A stretch of 54,974 nucleotides of DNA from Candidatus Magasanikiibacteriota bacterium (GCA_903893485.1 CAITMK010000009.1:1-54974), one strand, 5' to 3'. Positions 1-9,669 are shown, counted from the first letter of the stretch. The notes: generated by a model from the sequence alone, not told the origin. Numbers and translations are program-made.

Positions 1-1140
1 ATATTCATTAAAATACCAAAGCAAAAAACGACGCCGACAACTCAATAGATTCCCGTATTGCACCACATGATCCAACTTTTCTTGTGCAAGCATTTTCTCT
101 GCGGCGTTTTCCATGTTTCGTAAAAAGAAATCATGCTTAAATTTATCAGCATATGAATACAGCAAAACGCATTGCGCCGGCAACCCATCACGGCCCGCAC
201 GACCCGTCTCCTGATAATATCCCTCAATTGATTTTGGCATGCTGTGATGAATGACCAACCGCACATCCGGTTTATCGATTCCCATACCAAATGCAATGGT
301 CGCCACCATAATATTAATTTCATCACGAATAAATTTTTCCTGATTTTCTTTTCGCGTTTTTGCGTCAAGTCCTGCATGATATGTTGCCGTCGTAAACCCG
401 TGTTCATTTAAATTTTTTGCAAGCGATTCAGTGTCATTGCGCGAGAAACAATAAATGATTACGCTTTTGTCGCGATAATTTTGCAAAAGCGCCAAAATTG
501 TTTGCAGAGATTCTTTTTTCGGCAATACTTCATAACTCAGATTCGCGCGATTAAAACTCGAGGTAAAAATCTGTGCATTTTTAAGCGACAATAATTGTAC
601 GATATCATCACGAACTTTTTCGGTCGCGGTCGCCGTGAGTGCAATGATCGGAACAGTCGCAAAGATATTACGAAGCGATCGCAAATTTCTGTAATCAGGA
701 CGAAAATCATGTCCCCATTCAGAAATACAATGCGCTTCATCAATAGCAATCAAACCGATTTTGATTGATTGCAAAAGCGCAAGAAATCCAGGCACGCTTA
801 ACCGCTCTGGCGCAATATATAAAATTTTTAAATTTCCTTTTTTTACTTCAGTAATAACATCGGCGATTTCCTGTGGTGTTCGCGAACTATTAATCACATC
901 TGCCGTAATTCCATTCGCATGTAATGCATCAACCTGATCCTTCATGAGTGAGATAAGTGGCGAAATTACAACCGTTACCCCGTCCAACATAAGCGCCGGC
1001 AACTGAAAACAAAGCGATTTACCGCCGCCCGTTGGCATCAGCACCACGCAATCCTTCCCCGCAAGCACCAATTCAATAATTTCCCTTTGGAGCGGGCGAA
1101 ATTCATCATATCCAAAATGTTTTTTTAGCAAAGATTTCAT
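1..1140 (-). CDS. recQ: ATP-dependent DNA helicase RecQ, N-terminal ~380 aa (C-terminus runs off the left edge)
   Basis: Hand translation of the minus strand from ATG 1140-1138 stays open to nt 1: MKSLLKKHFGYDEFRPLQREII..MPTGGGKSLCFQLPAL..IAIDEAHCISEWGHDFRPDY..ALTATAT..YHAGL..ATIAFGMGIDKPDVRLVIH..YYQETGRAGRDG..CRRRFLLWYF. Walker A, DEAH and later RecQ motifs are present. Absent from the ORF track because no stop lies in the window. Confidence 0.9.
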   Translation of the reverse strand, partial: MKSLLKKHFGYDEFRPLQREIIELVLAGKDCVVLMPTGGGKSLCFQLPALMLDGVTVVISPLISLMKDQVDALHANGITADVINSSRTPQEIADVITEVKKGNLKILYIAPERLSVPGFLALLQSIKIGLIAIDEAHCISEWGHDFRPDYRNLRSLRNIFATVPIIALTATATEKVRDDIVQLLSLKNAQIFTSSFNRANLSYEVLPKKESLQTILALLQNYRDKSVIIYCFSRNDTESLAKNLNEHGFTTATYHAGLDAKTRKENQEKFIRDEINIMVATIAFGMGIDKPDVRLVIHHSMPKSIEGYYQETGRAGRDGLPAQCVLLYSYADKFKHDFFLRNMENAAEKMLAQEKLDHVVQYGNLLSCRRRFLLWYFNEY

Positions 1141-1172
1141 ATGGTATGGCGGATTGTAGTTGATTCGAGCAG

Positions 1173-1889
1173 TTAACGCAAACGAAACAATCGCGAGATC
1201 ATCCAAGAAACCAAACAATGGGTCACTGAAACCCCTAAAACATATGCAAGTAATTTAAAAATATTTCCAAGCGGATACAGCCGATAGATGGCCTGTACCA
1301 AATCATATCGAAAAAATGCGGCAACAAGATTAAAGAAAATGAGCAGCACAATAATTTGCGCAAACCCAATCCACATACTTTTTAAATCCTGCCGACTCGG
1401 CGCCAGATGCGATGAAATACAAAATGAAATATACATGAGCACCCAAAAAAACCATGAATGCATTGCTTGTTTAAATTCCTGAAAATTATGTGGCGCACCA
1501 AAATAACCAATTGCAATCAAAATAAATATACCGAATAAAAGCGGGGCCGCGCCAATAAAAAAATTACCCAGGGTCTGATAGATACTTTGTGGATTATATG
1601 CATGATCAACTTCACCCAACTCACCAGTCATTTTATTAGGTGAAAAAAGTGCCACACGCGTAATTTGATGTCCAAAAATTTCGGCAAAAAATACATGCCC
1701 GATTTCGTGCACCGACGTACCAATCCACGCGGTCCACAAAATCCCCTTCCATCCGACACTACGATAATAATTTGCAAGCGTCCATTGTTCTAATTTTGAC
1801 AAAACAAAACCAAAAACAAAAAAGATTCCAAATAAAATTAGTAATTCGAGGCCCGTAGAAATAAAAAGTTGCAAAATAAATTCCTGCAT
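1173..1889 (-). CDS. Polytopic membrane protein with HExxH motif (putative membrane-embedded zincin-like metallopeptidase)
   Basis: 238-aa ORF with several hydrophobic helices and the motif SVHEIGHVFFAEIFGH. Family assignment (DUF3267/M50-like) is from memory only. Confidence 0.55.
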   Translation of the reverse strand: MQEFILQLFISTGLELLILFGIFFVFGFVLSKLEQWTLANYYRSVGWKGILWTAWIGTSVHEIGHVFFAEIFGHQITRVALFSPNKMTGELGEVDHAYNPQSIYQTLGNFFIGAAPLLFGIFILIAIGYFGAPHNFQEFKQAMHSWFFWVLMYISFCISSHLAPSRQDLKSMWIGFAQIIVLLIFFNLVAAFFRYDLVQAIYRLYPLGNIFKLLAYVLGVSVTHCLVSWMISRLFRLR

Positions 1890-1929
1890 GGTGGCAAGTA
1901 TATCATGAAAAATGCCTCTGCCTTAGGAA

Positions 1930-2322
1930 TTAGCCTTTAAAATCAACCGAAAACGGATACATCCCCATGCCGCACGTCCCTTGCAGAGTACCGACCGACG
2001 GATTATTTACCGCAACATCGGTTGAGCCCGACTGTGGCAAAATCTGACTAATACCAAGGCTTGGGATTCTGATAGATGCAGAGCAATCGAAAGTTCCTTT
2101 GGTTACAAAACGTAAAATAGTTGGCACACCAGCTTTTGCAATACTGGTACGTGGCTGATAGCCGCCTTTTGCACGAATTTCAATAATCTGAGTGCCACCC
2201 TGCACACTCACATTGCCCGCAGGTGCATTATTTTGTGGTGCGCCACTAGTTCCCCCACCCATAAAATAGCCGATCCCCACAAGCGCTGCAACGCCCAATA
2301 CAGTGTACAAAAAATATTTCAT
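1930..2322 (-). CDS. Membrane-anchored cupredoxin-like domain protein
   Basis: ORF 1930..2358. The preferred start is ATG 2322 (MKYFLYTVLGVAALVG..), 1 nt after the upstream stop. It has an N-terminal TM segment and a C-terminal ..GTCGMGMYPFSVDFKG, the CxMxM ending typical of Cupredoxin_1 proteins that accompany HMA/permease pairs. Confidence 0.6.
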   Translation of the reverse strand: MKYFLYTVLGVAALVGIGYFMGGGTSGAPQNNAPAGNVSVQGGTQIIEIRAKGGYQPRTSIAKAGVPTILRFVTKGTFDCSASIRIPSLGISQILPQSGSTDVAVNNPSVGTLQGTCGMGMYPFSVDFKG

Positions 2323-2323
2323 A

Positions 2324-3346
2324 CTAAAAGTTAAACACTGGTGGAATAATTCCTGCAACCACCAGACTATTAATAATATTAAACAACGCGAATAAGATTA
2401 CCACAAGCCCCGCGGTTTTAAAAAACACACTTGCCTGTGAGCTTTTGTGAATACTAAATGAACTGAAGCTAACCAAGGCCAACACCGGTAACGTACCAAA
2501 CGCAAAGGTAACCATAGTTAATCCGCCCGCAAAAAAACTATGCGTTGAAAGTGTATAGATTTGCATGGACTGCGTAAATCCACACGGCAGAAAAAATGTT
2601 GCCACACCCACCGCAAGTGGCGTAAGTCGATGGTTTAATTTCGAAAGCCCCATCGCGTGCTGCGACAAAAACTTTGGCATTGCTGGCTGCAATTTTTTAG
2701 TGAAATCAAAAACGTCAAGCAAATTTAAACCAAGAGTAATCATAACAAGTCCAATGACTAATCCCAGAATTGCCGCGGCACGGCCACTGAGCGCAAACGC
2801 CGAACCAATTTCACCAATTACGCCGCCAAGTATAAAAAATCCAACCAGACGCCCCACATGAAATAAAATTTGCGGTTTAACTTTGTCACCCTCTTTGGCA
2901 AAAGTTGCTGACATCGAAAGCACCAGGCCTCCAACAACCGCCATGCATGTTGAAAGCGATGCCACAATACCGACTAAAAACGCCGTTCCATAAGATACTG
3001 AACTCGTATCAACCAAATTTACGATATTTAATTTTTGCAGTGCAATAAAAAGTGCTAAAAAGATTAGCGCGATTGGAGCTGCAATTTTAAAGTCGCTCCA
3101 TTTTTTTTGGTGAGCAACTTGCTCAGTAGAAAGTTTATATCCGTGTTTCTCCAAAACAACGGTCAAATCCTCCGCAATTTGCTCGGGCGTTTTTTCACCA
3201 AAATCGCCGACGACATCAACGGAATTATTTGCAAGAAAAGTTTTTGCACTCGCAACTTCTGGTACATCTTGCAGTTCGCTTTCGGTCATGAGCACACACG
3301 CTTTGCAATGCATACCGCTGACATGAAACGTATATTTTTTTTCCAT
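2324..3346 (-). CDS. Heavy-metal-associated (HMA) domain fused to a DsbD_2/TauE-like transmembrane permease
   Basis: The N-terminus FHVSGMHCKACV is an MxCxxC HMA fold. Six or more TM helices follow, with ..SLSTCMAV.. and ..FFLPCGFTQ.. motifs. The gene sits directly downstream of copA. Confidence 0.65.
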   Translation of the reverse strand: MEKKYTFHVSGMHCKACVLMTESELQDVPEVASAKTFLANNSVDVVGDFGEKTPEQIAEDLTVVLEKHGYKLSTEQVAHQKKWSDFKIAAPIALIFLALFIALQKLNIVNLVDTSSVSYGTAFLVGIVASLSTCMAVVGGLVLSMSATFAKEGDKVKPQILFHVGRLVGFFILGGVIGEIGSAFALSGRAAAILGLVIGLVMITLGLNLLDVFDFTKKLQPAMPKFLSQHAMGLSKLNHRLTPLAVGVATFFLPCGFTQSMQIYTLSTHSFFAGGLTMVTFAFGTLPVLALVSFSSFSIHKSSQASVFFKTAGLVVILFALFNIINSLVVAGIIPPVFNF

Positions 3347-3347
3347 A

Positions 3348-5624
3348 TTATAATTTGTAAGCCGTAATACGAAGTGAATTACTCACAACCGAGACACTTG
3401 AAAACGCCATAGCAAGCCCCGCAAAAACAGGATTCAACATCCATCCAAAAATTGGATAGAACAGACCCGCCGCAAGTGGAATGCCAATGATGTTGTAAAA
3501 GAATGCCCAGAATAAATTCTGCTTAATTCCGCGCATGGTAATTTTAGAAAGTTTGATGGCTTTAACCAACTTTAAAATATCACCATTCAAAAGCGTAACA
3601 CCCGCACTTTCAATTGCAACATCAGTGCCCGTTGCCATGGCAATGCCTACATCAGCTTGCGCCAATGCCGGCGCATCATTTACCCCATCGCCCGCCATCG
3701 CAACGACAACTCCCTGCGCCTGCAATTCTTTAATTTTATTCATTTTCATTTCTGGCGTTGCTTCGGCTAACACCTCATCGATACCTACTTGTTTTGCTAT
3801 ATATGCAGCCGTATTTTTAGCATCACCCGTAATCATGACAACTTGTAATCCAAGTTTATGCAACGCAGCAACGGCTTCAACGGCTTCAGGCTTAATTGCA
3901 TCAGCAACCATGACGATGCCAATTATTTTTTCAGCAGTTGCGATAAGTACTGGCGTTTTTCCGGCGCGCGTTGCGTCATCGATTTGCGTGGTATCAAAAT
4001 TAATTGCGCGATCTTTCATCAACTGTGGATTTCCTACCCAATACTCGATGCCCGCAACCGTGCCACGTACACCGCGACCCTTAATGGCCTCAAAGGTATC
4101 AATCGATTGAAGCGTAATATTTTTTTCTGTTGCATACGAAACAATCGCATGCGCAATTGGATGTTCAGATTTATTTTCAAGCGACGCCAAAATACTAATT
4201 AGCGCATCATCTGTTTTTTCAGAAAAATTTTCAATGGAGATTAATTCTGGTTTGCCACGCGTGATGGTACCGGTTTTATCAACCGCAATGACCGTAACCT
4301 TATGCAGCTTTTCAAGCATCGCCGCGTCACGAATTAAGATTCCTTCTTTAGCACCCTTACCAACACCCACAATAATTGCGGTTGGCGTTGCAAGCCCAAG
4401 CGCACACGGACATGCGATAACCAAAATATCAACAAATGAAACTAGTCCAAACGAAACCGCACGAGAAAATCCAAGATATTGCTGTCCCACAATAATCCAC
4501 AAAATAAGTGCGATAAACGCAATCACCAAAACGATTGGTACAAACACGCTTGAGATTTTGTCTGCGAGCGCTTGAATCGGCGCCTTGCTTCCTTGCGCAT
4601 CACTTACCATTTGTACAATGTGCGCAAGTAATGTTTCCGATCCAACTTTCGTCGCGCGAAAAGTAAAAGTTCCAGTTGTATTTAAAGTGCCTGCAATCAC
4701 AGTATCACCATTTTTTTTATGTACCGGCAATGGCTCACCCGTTACAAGCGCTTCATCAACATATGAATTACCTTCGAACACCGTGCCGTCAACTGGAATT
4801 TTACCCGCTGGCTTAACCACAATTAAATCGCCCGCAACGACCTGATCGATTGGCAATTCAATTTCAATACCATCGCGCACCACAAGTGCTGTTTTAGCTT
4901 GCAGCCCAAGCAACTTTTCAATGGCATCGCCGGTTTTGATTTTTGACCGCGCTTCCAAATATTTACCCAAGGTAATAAATGCAATTACCACAATCGTCAC
5001 GTCAAAATAGGTATGATCTACATTAATGAGGGGTCGTAATTTTTCTTGAAAAGCACTCACTATAAAACTGTACGTAAATGCCGAAACAGTGCCAAGTCCA
5101 ATGAGCGTATCCATGTTTGCCGCGCCGTGACGCACGAATCGATATAATCCTTGCAAATACGGTTTACCAACTACAAAAAGTGCGTACGTTGCAAAAATTG
5201 GCATCAAATAATGAAAAAATTCGCCGGTGGTATATGACATTTCGGCAACAAATTTAAATTGCGCCAAAATATCCCACGTCATAACAAAAATGCTGATCAA
5301 TGCAAGCGGCATAATTGAAACCACCTTAGTTTTCATGGCAGCAACTTCCATTATTTTTTCGTGCTTAGACTGATTCATTCCCGTGTGCTGCGAATGATCC
5401 ATACCCGGCATAGAATCCATTGCAAGCGAATATCCAAGCGTTTCGATTTTGCTTGAAAGTTGGACAGGATTTACTTGCGTCTCATCAAAAGAGATTTTTG
5501 CGGTTTCAGTACCATAATTTACTTCAGCAGCTGCGACGCCCGGAGTTTTTTTAAAAGTTTTTTCAATGATTCCCGCGCATGAAGCGCAATGCATTCCCTT
5601 TACTTTATAGGTATGCGTCATCAT
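3348..5624 (-). CDS. copA: Copper-translocating P1B-type ATPase
   Basis: 758 aa with an N-terminal HMA (GMHCASCAG), the CPC transmembrane motif (IACPCALGLATP), phosphorylation site DKTGTIT, and the motifs ITGD and GDGVNDAP. Confidence 0.95.
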   Translation of the reverse strand: MMTHTYKVKGMHCASCAGIIEKTFKKTPGVAAAEVNYGTETAKISFDETQVNPVQLSSKIETLGYSLAMDSMPGMDHSQHTGMNQSKHEKIMEVAAMKTKVVSIMPLALISIFVMTWDILAQFKFVAEMSYTTGEFFHYLMPIFATYALFVVGKPYLQGLYRFVRHGAANMDTLIGLGTVSAFTYSFIVSAFQEKLRPLINVDHTYFDVTIVVIAFITLGKYLEARSKIKTGDAIEKLLGLQAKTALVVRDGIEIELPIDQVVAGDLIVVKPAGKIPVDGTVFEGNSYVDEALVTGEPLPVHKKNGDTVIAGTLNTTGTFTFRATKVGSETLLAHIVQMVSDAQGSKAPIQALADKISSVFVPIVLVIAFIALILWIIVGQQYLGFSRAVSFGLVSFVDILVIACPCALGLATPTAIIVGVGKGAKEGILIRDAAMLEKLHKVTVIAVDKTGTITRGKPELISIENFSEKTDDALISILASLENKSEHPIAHAIVSYATEKNITLQSIDTFEAIKGRGVRGTVAGIEYWVGNPQLMKDRAINFDTTQIDDATRAGKTPVLIATAEKIIGIVMVADAIKPEAVEAVAALHKLGLQVVMITGDAKNTAAYIAKQVGIDEVLAEATPEMKMNKIKELQAQGVVVAMAGDGVNDAPALAQADVGIAMATGTDVAIESAGVTLLNGDILKLVKAIKLSKITMRGIKQNLFWAFFYNIIGIPLAAGLFYPIFGWMLNPVFAGLAMAFSSVSVVSNSLRITAYKL

Positions 5625-5625
5625 A

Positions 5626-5892
5626 TTATTTTCGTTTTAATTTATACACTTTTAAAACTTCACTGACGGCTTTTTCTGTTTTACCACTTTTAATCTGATT
5701 TACTACGCAATGCGAAAGATGACCTTCCATTAAAAGATCTTCGATGTTAGATAGCGCCTGCTTTGCGGCAGAGCTCTGCGTGATAATATCAACACAGTAC
5801 ACATCATGCTCAATCATTTCACGAATGCCACGAATCTGGCCTTCGATAATTTTAAGACGACGGATTAACGTTGGTTTTTTACTTGCATACAT
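5626..5892 (-). CDS. csoR: CsoR/RcnR-family copper-sensing transcriptional repressor
   Basis: 88 aa with RLKIIEGQIRGIREMIE..VYCVDIITQ..A...AL......L.EGHLSHCV, the DUF156 pattern including conserved Cys/His/Cys ligand positions. It is the first gene of the copper operon. Confidence 0.85.
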   Translation of the reverse strand: MYASKKPTLIRRLKIIEGQIRGIREMIEHDVYCVDIITQSSAAKQALSNIEDLLMEGHLSHCVVNQIKSGKTEKAVSEVLKVYKLKRK

Positions 5893-5900
5893 ATGCGCCT

Positions 5901-5929
5901 ATCGTATACCCCCCATGGGGTATCGTCAA
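5901..5929 (-). promoter_or_regulatory. csoR promoter with a GC-tract palindrome (candidate CsoR operator) filling the spacer
   Basis: The minus strand reads TTGACG-ataccccatggggggta-TACGAT-aggcgcat-ATG. The spacer is 17 nt. It contains the inverted repeat ATACCCC..GGGGTAT. Only 8 nt separate the -10 box from the csoR ATG. Confidence 0.55.
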
Positions 5930-6732
5930 GTGCCTATTAAATTCCGCAATGATTGCACCAAATTACGTAAGAAACTATCCCGTGCAGTTTTATCCATATC
6001 CGAAAGCGAAAGCTGTGGACACCAATCCTCGATCTCCATGAGAAGCATTTTATCTTGCATCGTCGCACCAAAATCAATGCGTTGTAATCCATATGGCAAA
6101 TGATTCCAATCTATGAATTGCTGCGCAATCACACACTCCGCTGACGTTGGTTCATACTGTTTCATATACCACCGTTTTTTTGGCCCACCCGACACGAGCG
6201 CATGCTGAAAAACACCATCCAAAAAATAAAAAGACAATTCGTATTTAAAATCAATAAACGGTTGAATAATTTTATTTGAGATGTCGTAATTTAAAATTTT
6301 TTCCTTTGAAATTTTTTGAACACCCCGACTACTTTCACCAAGTAACGGCTTTGCTATGTAAAAATCACAAGGGGGGAGTTTAAAAATTTCGCTCAGCTGC
6401 AAAATGGTGGGGATCACCGGATATCCCTGCTGCCACAAGGTAGCGAGGTACCGCTTCCCTGAGCTCATATCGCCAGCGCCACCGAGCGGATTATACAAAG
6501 GTATATTTTTTTTCTGAATGCGCTCAAATATTTTCTGCAATGTTGGTCGAATTTCAGCAGTTGGCCAAATATTTCGCACTAAAATAATTGCAGCATCATC
6601 TTCATATTGAATCGCCTCAAGCGGATGCGCCACGGTCACGCAAAAAAAATCTTTCAGATAATTTGCCAAAAAAAGATCTTCATCCGAACGGGTATTATAT
6701 GAATTTGTCAGAAGAAGAAGTTGTGGTTTCAT
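5926..6732 (-). CDS. Hypothetical protein, possible ATP-grasp fold enzyme
   Basis: 268-aa ORF. The layout and motifs (..IAKPLLGESSRGV.., ..IIQPFID.., ..MEIED..) resemble RimK/GshB-type ATP-grasp proteins. The call is weak. Confidence 0.4.
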   Translation of the reverse strand: MKPQLLLLTNSYNTRSDEDLFLANYLKDFFCVTVAHPLEAIQYEDDAAIILVRNIWPTAEIRPTLQKIFERIQKKNIPLYNPLGGAGDMSSGKRYLATLWQQGYPVIPTILQLSEIFKLPPCDFYIAKPLLGESSRGVQKISKEKILNYDISNKIIQPFIDFKYELSFYFLDGVFQHALVSGGPKKRWYMKQYEPTSAECVIAQQFIDWNHLPYGLQRIDFGATMQDKMLLMEIEDWCPQLSLSDMDKTARDSFLRNLVQSLRNLIGT

Positions 6733-6736
6733 GAAA

Positions 6737-7363
6737 TCAAAATTTGTTCAGTGAAAATGGCAGCCCTGGAATTCTTCGGCGCGTACGATCAACATACAAT
6801 AAAATACCCCCACAGACAGAACCAATCACATCAAAAATTAAATCAAACATGGTGTCATTAAAATAATCTGCACCATACACACCCGCGGTTTGTGTATGAA
6901 ATACTGCGTCTTGCAGAACTTCCCATACTTCCCATAAAATGCCGCCTGCAATTACGATGACCAATGCCAAAATAACAGCGCGCGTAGCTGAATACGACCG
7001 CCAATGAAACAAAAAGTGCGCTGCGATTAATACGAGAATGCTTGAAACTAAAAAGTGCAAGATTTTATCGTATTGAATACCAACCTTATATAACTTATAC
7101 AATCCGAGCCCACCAAGTCCATTCACGGCGATGCAAAGTGCAAGTACTGCCTGATAGCGACGAACAACAGCACGTCGATAAACAGATGCGTGGCGCGCAA
7201 AAAAACCAGGAATCAATATGATGAGCAACGCGGCGGTCGATACGCCAGCCATAAAAAATGGACTGTAAAAATTTGGTAGATCAGTTTTAGGAATAATGAG
7301 CAGCGCCGTAATAACAACGGCGTAAACTCCGTAAACCCAAAGTAACACATGCTTGCTTGTCAT
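6737..7363 (-). CDS. Polytopic membrane protein (possibly VanZ-like)
   Basis: 208 aa with about 6 TM helices. The YDKILHFLVSS motif resembles the DKxxHF signature of VanZ-like proteins. Confidence 0.4.
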   Translation of the reverse strand: MTSKHVLLWVYGVYAVVITALLIIPKTDLPNFYSPFFMAGVSTAALLIILIPGFFARHASVYRRAVVRRYQAVLALCIAVNGLGGLGLYKLYKVGIQYDKILHFLVSSILVLIAAHFLFHWRSYSATRAVILALVIVIAGGILWEVWEVLQDAVFHTQTAGVYGADYFNDTMFDLIFDVIGSVCGGILLYVDRTRRRIPGLPFSLNKF

Positions 7364-7364
7364 A

Positions 7365-8141
7365 TTATTTACACGAAATCCAAACGGGATCAGAACTCAA
7401 TTTACCACCATCAAGGGTAAAAAGTCGAAATTTAAACAATTCTGTTGATGAGCCCGCATTATACACATGCAAAGCTCGCGCCACCGTAGCGATGTGTGTT
7501 TCCAAAGAAAAATGTCGATGACCGTGTAAAATAAGATCGCATCGACCGCCTAATTTTTGAATCAATTCTTTTCCCAATTGCAGTTCCTTTGCAATTGGCG
7601 TTTTAAAAAAAGTTGCAACTTTTTCAATAAACATTTCTTCTGGTTGCTGCAGTGGATGGTGATGCAGCGCCACAATTACAAAATTTTCAGGTGCGACAGA
7701 CGCCGCCACGGATTCAATTTCGTCAATTACTTCGGTGTTAAGTGCACCATGTCCCAAAAATGAAAACCGATTGTGTGAACCAGTAGTATCAACCGCAATC
7801 ACACAGAGCCCCGGATATTCAATTTTTTGTACGCGTTTTCCTTGCAACATGTGCTGCGCGATATTATCCCCTAAACGATCGTGGTTCCCTGGCACTGCAA
7901 TAAGTCGGCCATCAGAAATAAATTCCGCAAAAACATCTTGAAAAGTTGCGTATTCGTCGGTGCGACCATGTTCGGTTATGTCACCTGTCACCACGATTCG
8001 ATCGATTTTATGCTGCCGTAGTTGATTTCGAAGCAAAAAAGCCGCCTGAAGACGGGCGTGACTATGACCAATATGAATATCAGACAAATGTGCTATAAAT
8101 TGAGGATAGGCCATAGAGGGGATTCCTACATTATACGCCAC
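7365..8141 (-). CDS. Calcineurin-like metallophosphoesterase
   Basis: Motifs DIHIGH, GDITEHG, GNHD, HHHP and GHRH occur in the canonical order. Confidence 0.8.
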   Translation of the reverse strand: MAYNVGIPSMAYPQFIAHLSDIHIGHSHARLQAAFLLRNQLRQHKIDRIVVTGDITEHGRTDEYATFQDVFAEFISDGRLIAVPGNHDRLGDNIAQHMLQGKRVQKIEYPGLCVIAVDTTGSHNRFSFLGHGALNTEVIDEIESVAASVAPENFVIVALHHHPLQQPEEMFIEKVATFFKTPIAKELQLGKELIQKLGGRCDLILHGHRHFSLETHIATVARALHVYNAGSSTELFKFRLFTLDGGKLSSDPVWISCK

Positions 8142-8193
8142 TAGCGCGATAAACGGTGCATATGCTATACTTATTTCATAATAACCAATTTAT

Positions 8194-8259
8194 ATGGCAA
8201 AAGGAAACAACGCGCAGCAAAAAAACGTTAAAAAACCAAAGAAAGACAAGAAAAAATAA
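8194..8259 (+). CDS. Candidate 21-aa lysine-rich micro-ORF (MAKGNNAQQKNVKKPKKDKKK); could instead be a small RNA
   Basis: ATG at 8194 and TAA at 8257-8259. A TGcTATACT extended -10-like box lies upstream. A GC hairpin plus T6 terminator lies 9 nt downstream. Too short to appear in the ORF track. Confidence 0.3.
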   Translation: MAKGNNAQQKNVKKPKKDKKK

Positions 8260-8267
8260 CGTTGCCG

Positions 8268-8290
8268 CCGCCCCTCCCGGGCGGTTTTTT
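8268..8290 (+). terminator. Rho-independent terminator
   Basis: CCGCCC-ctccc-GGGCGG followed by TTTTTT. The T-run is present on the plus strand only. Confidence 0.6.
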
Positions 8291-8301
8291 GACATACTTT
8301 T

Positions 8302-9666
8302 ATGGAACAAAACTACGACGTACTTATCATTGGTGGTGGCGCCAGCGGCTCGGCACTGGCCTACACGCTTTCTAAATATACAGACATCTCAAAAATAGCT
8401 CTCGTTGAAAAATATGCGGAGCCCGGTTTGGTTAATTCCAACGCGGTCAATAATAGCCAAACGTTGCACGTTGGTGATATTGAAACAAATTATTCAGTTG
8501 AAAAAGCGAGTCAGGTAAAACCAGCTGCCATGATGGTTGCCCAGTATGTCGAAAATTTACCCGCAGCTGAGCAAAACGAAATCATGCAACGCGTACAAAA
8601 AATGATTTTAGCTGTGGGCGATGCCGAGGTTGCCGCGCTCGCAGATCGTTTTGAAAAAATTAACAAATTATTTCCAACGCTCCAAAAAATTGATGCGCAA
8701 AAAATTGCAGAACATGAACCAAAAATCATGCAAGGTCGTAACCCAAAAGAATCCGTGCTTGCACTTTTTGATCCCAAAGGATACGCGATAAATTTTGGCG
8801 AACTTGCAAAATCATTTATTACAAACAGTTCTCGCGTAAACACTTTTTTCAATCGAGCGGTAACACGAATTGAAAAAACAGCCGCTGGATACACCATTCA
8901 TACCGCAACGGGCAATCTCACCGCGCGCGTGGTAATTGTTGATACCGACGCATACAGTCTTGGTTTTGCAAAAAGCTTGGGCTATGGAAAAGAATTTTCA
9001 TTAATTCCAATTGCTGGTTCATTTTATTTTGCGGACGAGGTATTACATGGCAAGGTGTACACCATGCAAGATCCACGTATGCCGTTTGCTGCGGCGCACG
9101 GTGATCCGGACGTAACGGTCCCTGGTAAAACTCGCTTTGGTCCAACCGCCCGGTTCTTCCCGGTTCTTGAAAGCCGCCGCATGAATACCATGAAAGATTT
9201 TTTTAAGTCAGCAGGGCTTGAAAAAGCAAAAACCTGGCTTAGTTTCTTTCATATTTTGCTGGAACCCGTGCGCTTCAAATATCTCATCAAAAATATCACG
9301 TTCGAACTTCCTTACCTTGGTGAATATTTATTTGTGTATGAGGTTAAAAAAATTATTCCAACGCTGCGTGGCGGCGATTTAAAACGTGCCGTTGGATTTG
9401 GCGGTATGCGTTTGCAACGCGTCGACACGAACACGCGCGAATTACTTTTGGGCGAAGGGAAAATTTTAGGTGATCATATTATTTTTAACATGACGCCATC
9501 CCCTGGTGCCAGCGTGTGTTTGTACAATGCAATGCGTGATGCAGAAAATATTATTGCGTTCTTTGGTACTGAATTTCGCTTCGACAAACCGTCCATGACG
9601 CACGACCTGCTCAAAGATGCTCCATGTCCGGGCGCTGATGTTTCGGCAAAAACTTACGTGTCATAA
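8302..9666 (+). CDS. mqo: FAD-dependent oxidoreductase, malate:quinone oxidoreductase (Mqo)-like
   Basis: 454 aa with the N-terminal dinucleotide fold DVLIIGGGASGSA, plus ..NSQTLHVGDIETNY.., ..PIAGSFYF.., ..PFAAAHGDPD.. and ..FNMTPSPGAS... The pattern recalls the ~450-aa Mqo family. This comes from memory, not a search. Confidence 0.6.
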   Translation: MEQNYDVLIIGGGASGSALAYTLSKYTDISKIALVEKYAEPGLVNSNAVNNSQTLHVGDIETNYSVEKASQVKPAAMMVAQYVENLPAAEQNEIMQRVQKMILAVGDAEVAALADRFEKINKLFPTLQKIDAQKIAEHEPKIMQGRNPKESVLALFDPKGYAINFGELAKSFITNSSRVNTFFNRAVTRIEKTAAGYTIHTATGNLTARVVIVDTDAYSLGFAKSLGYGKEFSLIPIAGSFYFADEVLHGKVYTMQDPRMPFAAAHGDPDVTVPGKTRFGPTARFFPVLESRRMNTMKDFFKSAGLEKAKTWLSFFHILLEPVRFKYLIKNITFELPYLGEYLFVYEVKKIIPTLRGGDLKRAVGFGGMRLQRVDTNTRELLLGEGKILGDHIIFNMTPSPGASVCLYNAMRDAENIIAFFGTEFRFDKPSMTHDLLKDAPCPGADVSAKTYVS

Positions 9667-9669
9667 CTC

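Noticed and set aside
42-749. ORFs 42..407(-) and 537..749(-)
   Set aside because: They are out of frame with the continuous RecQ reading frame (1140 down to 1), which carries all the helicase motifs. Their translations are low-complexity and motif-free.
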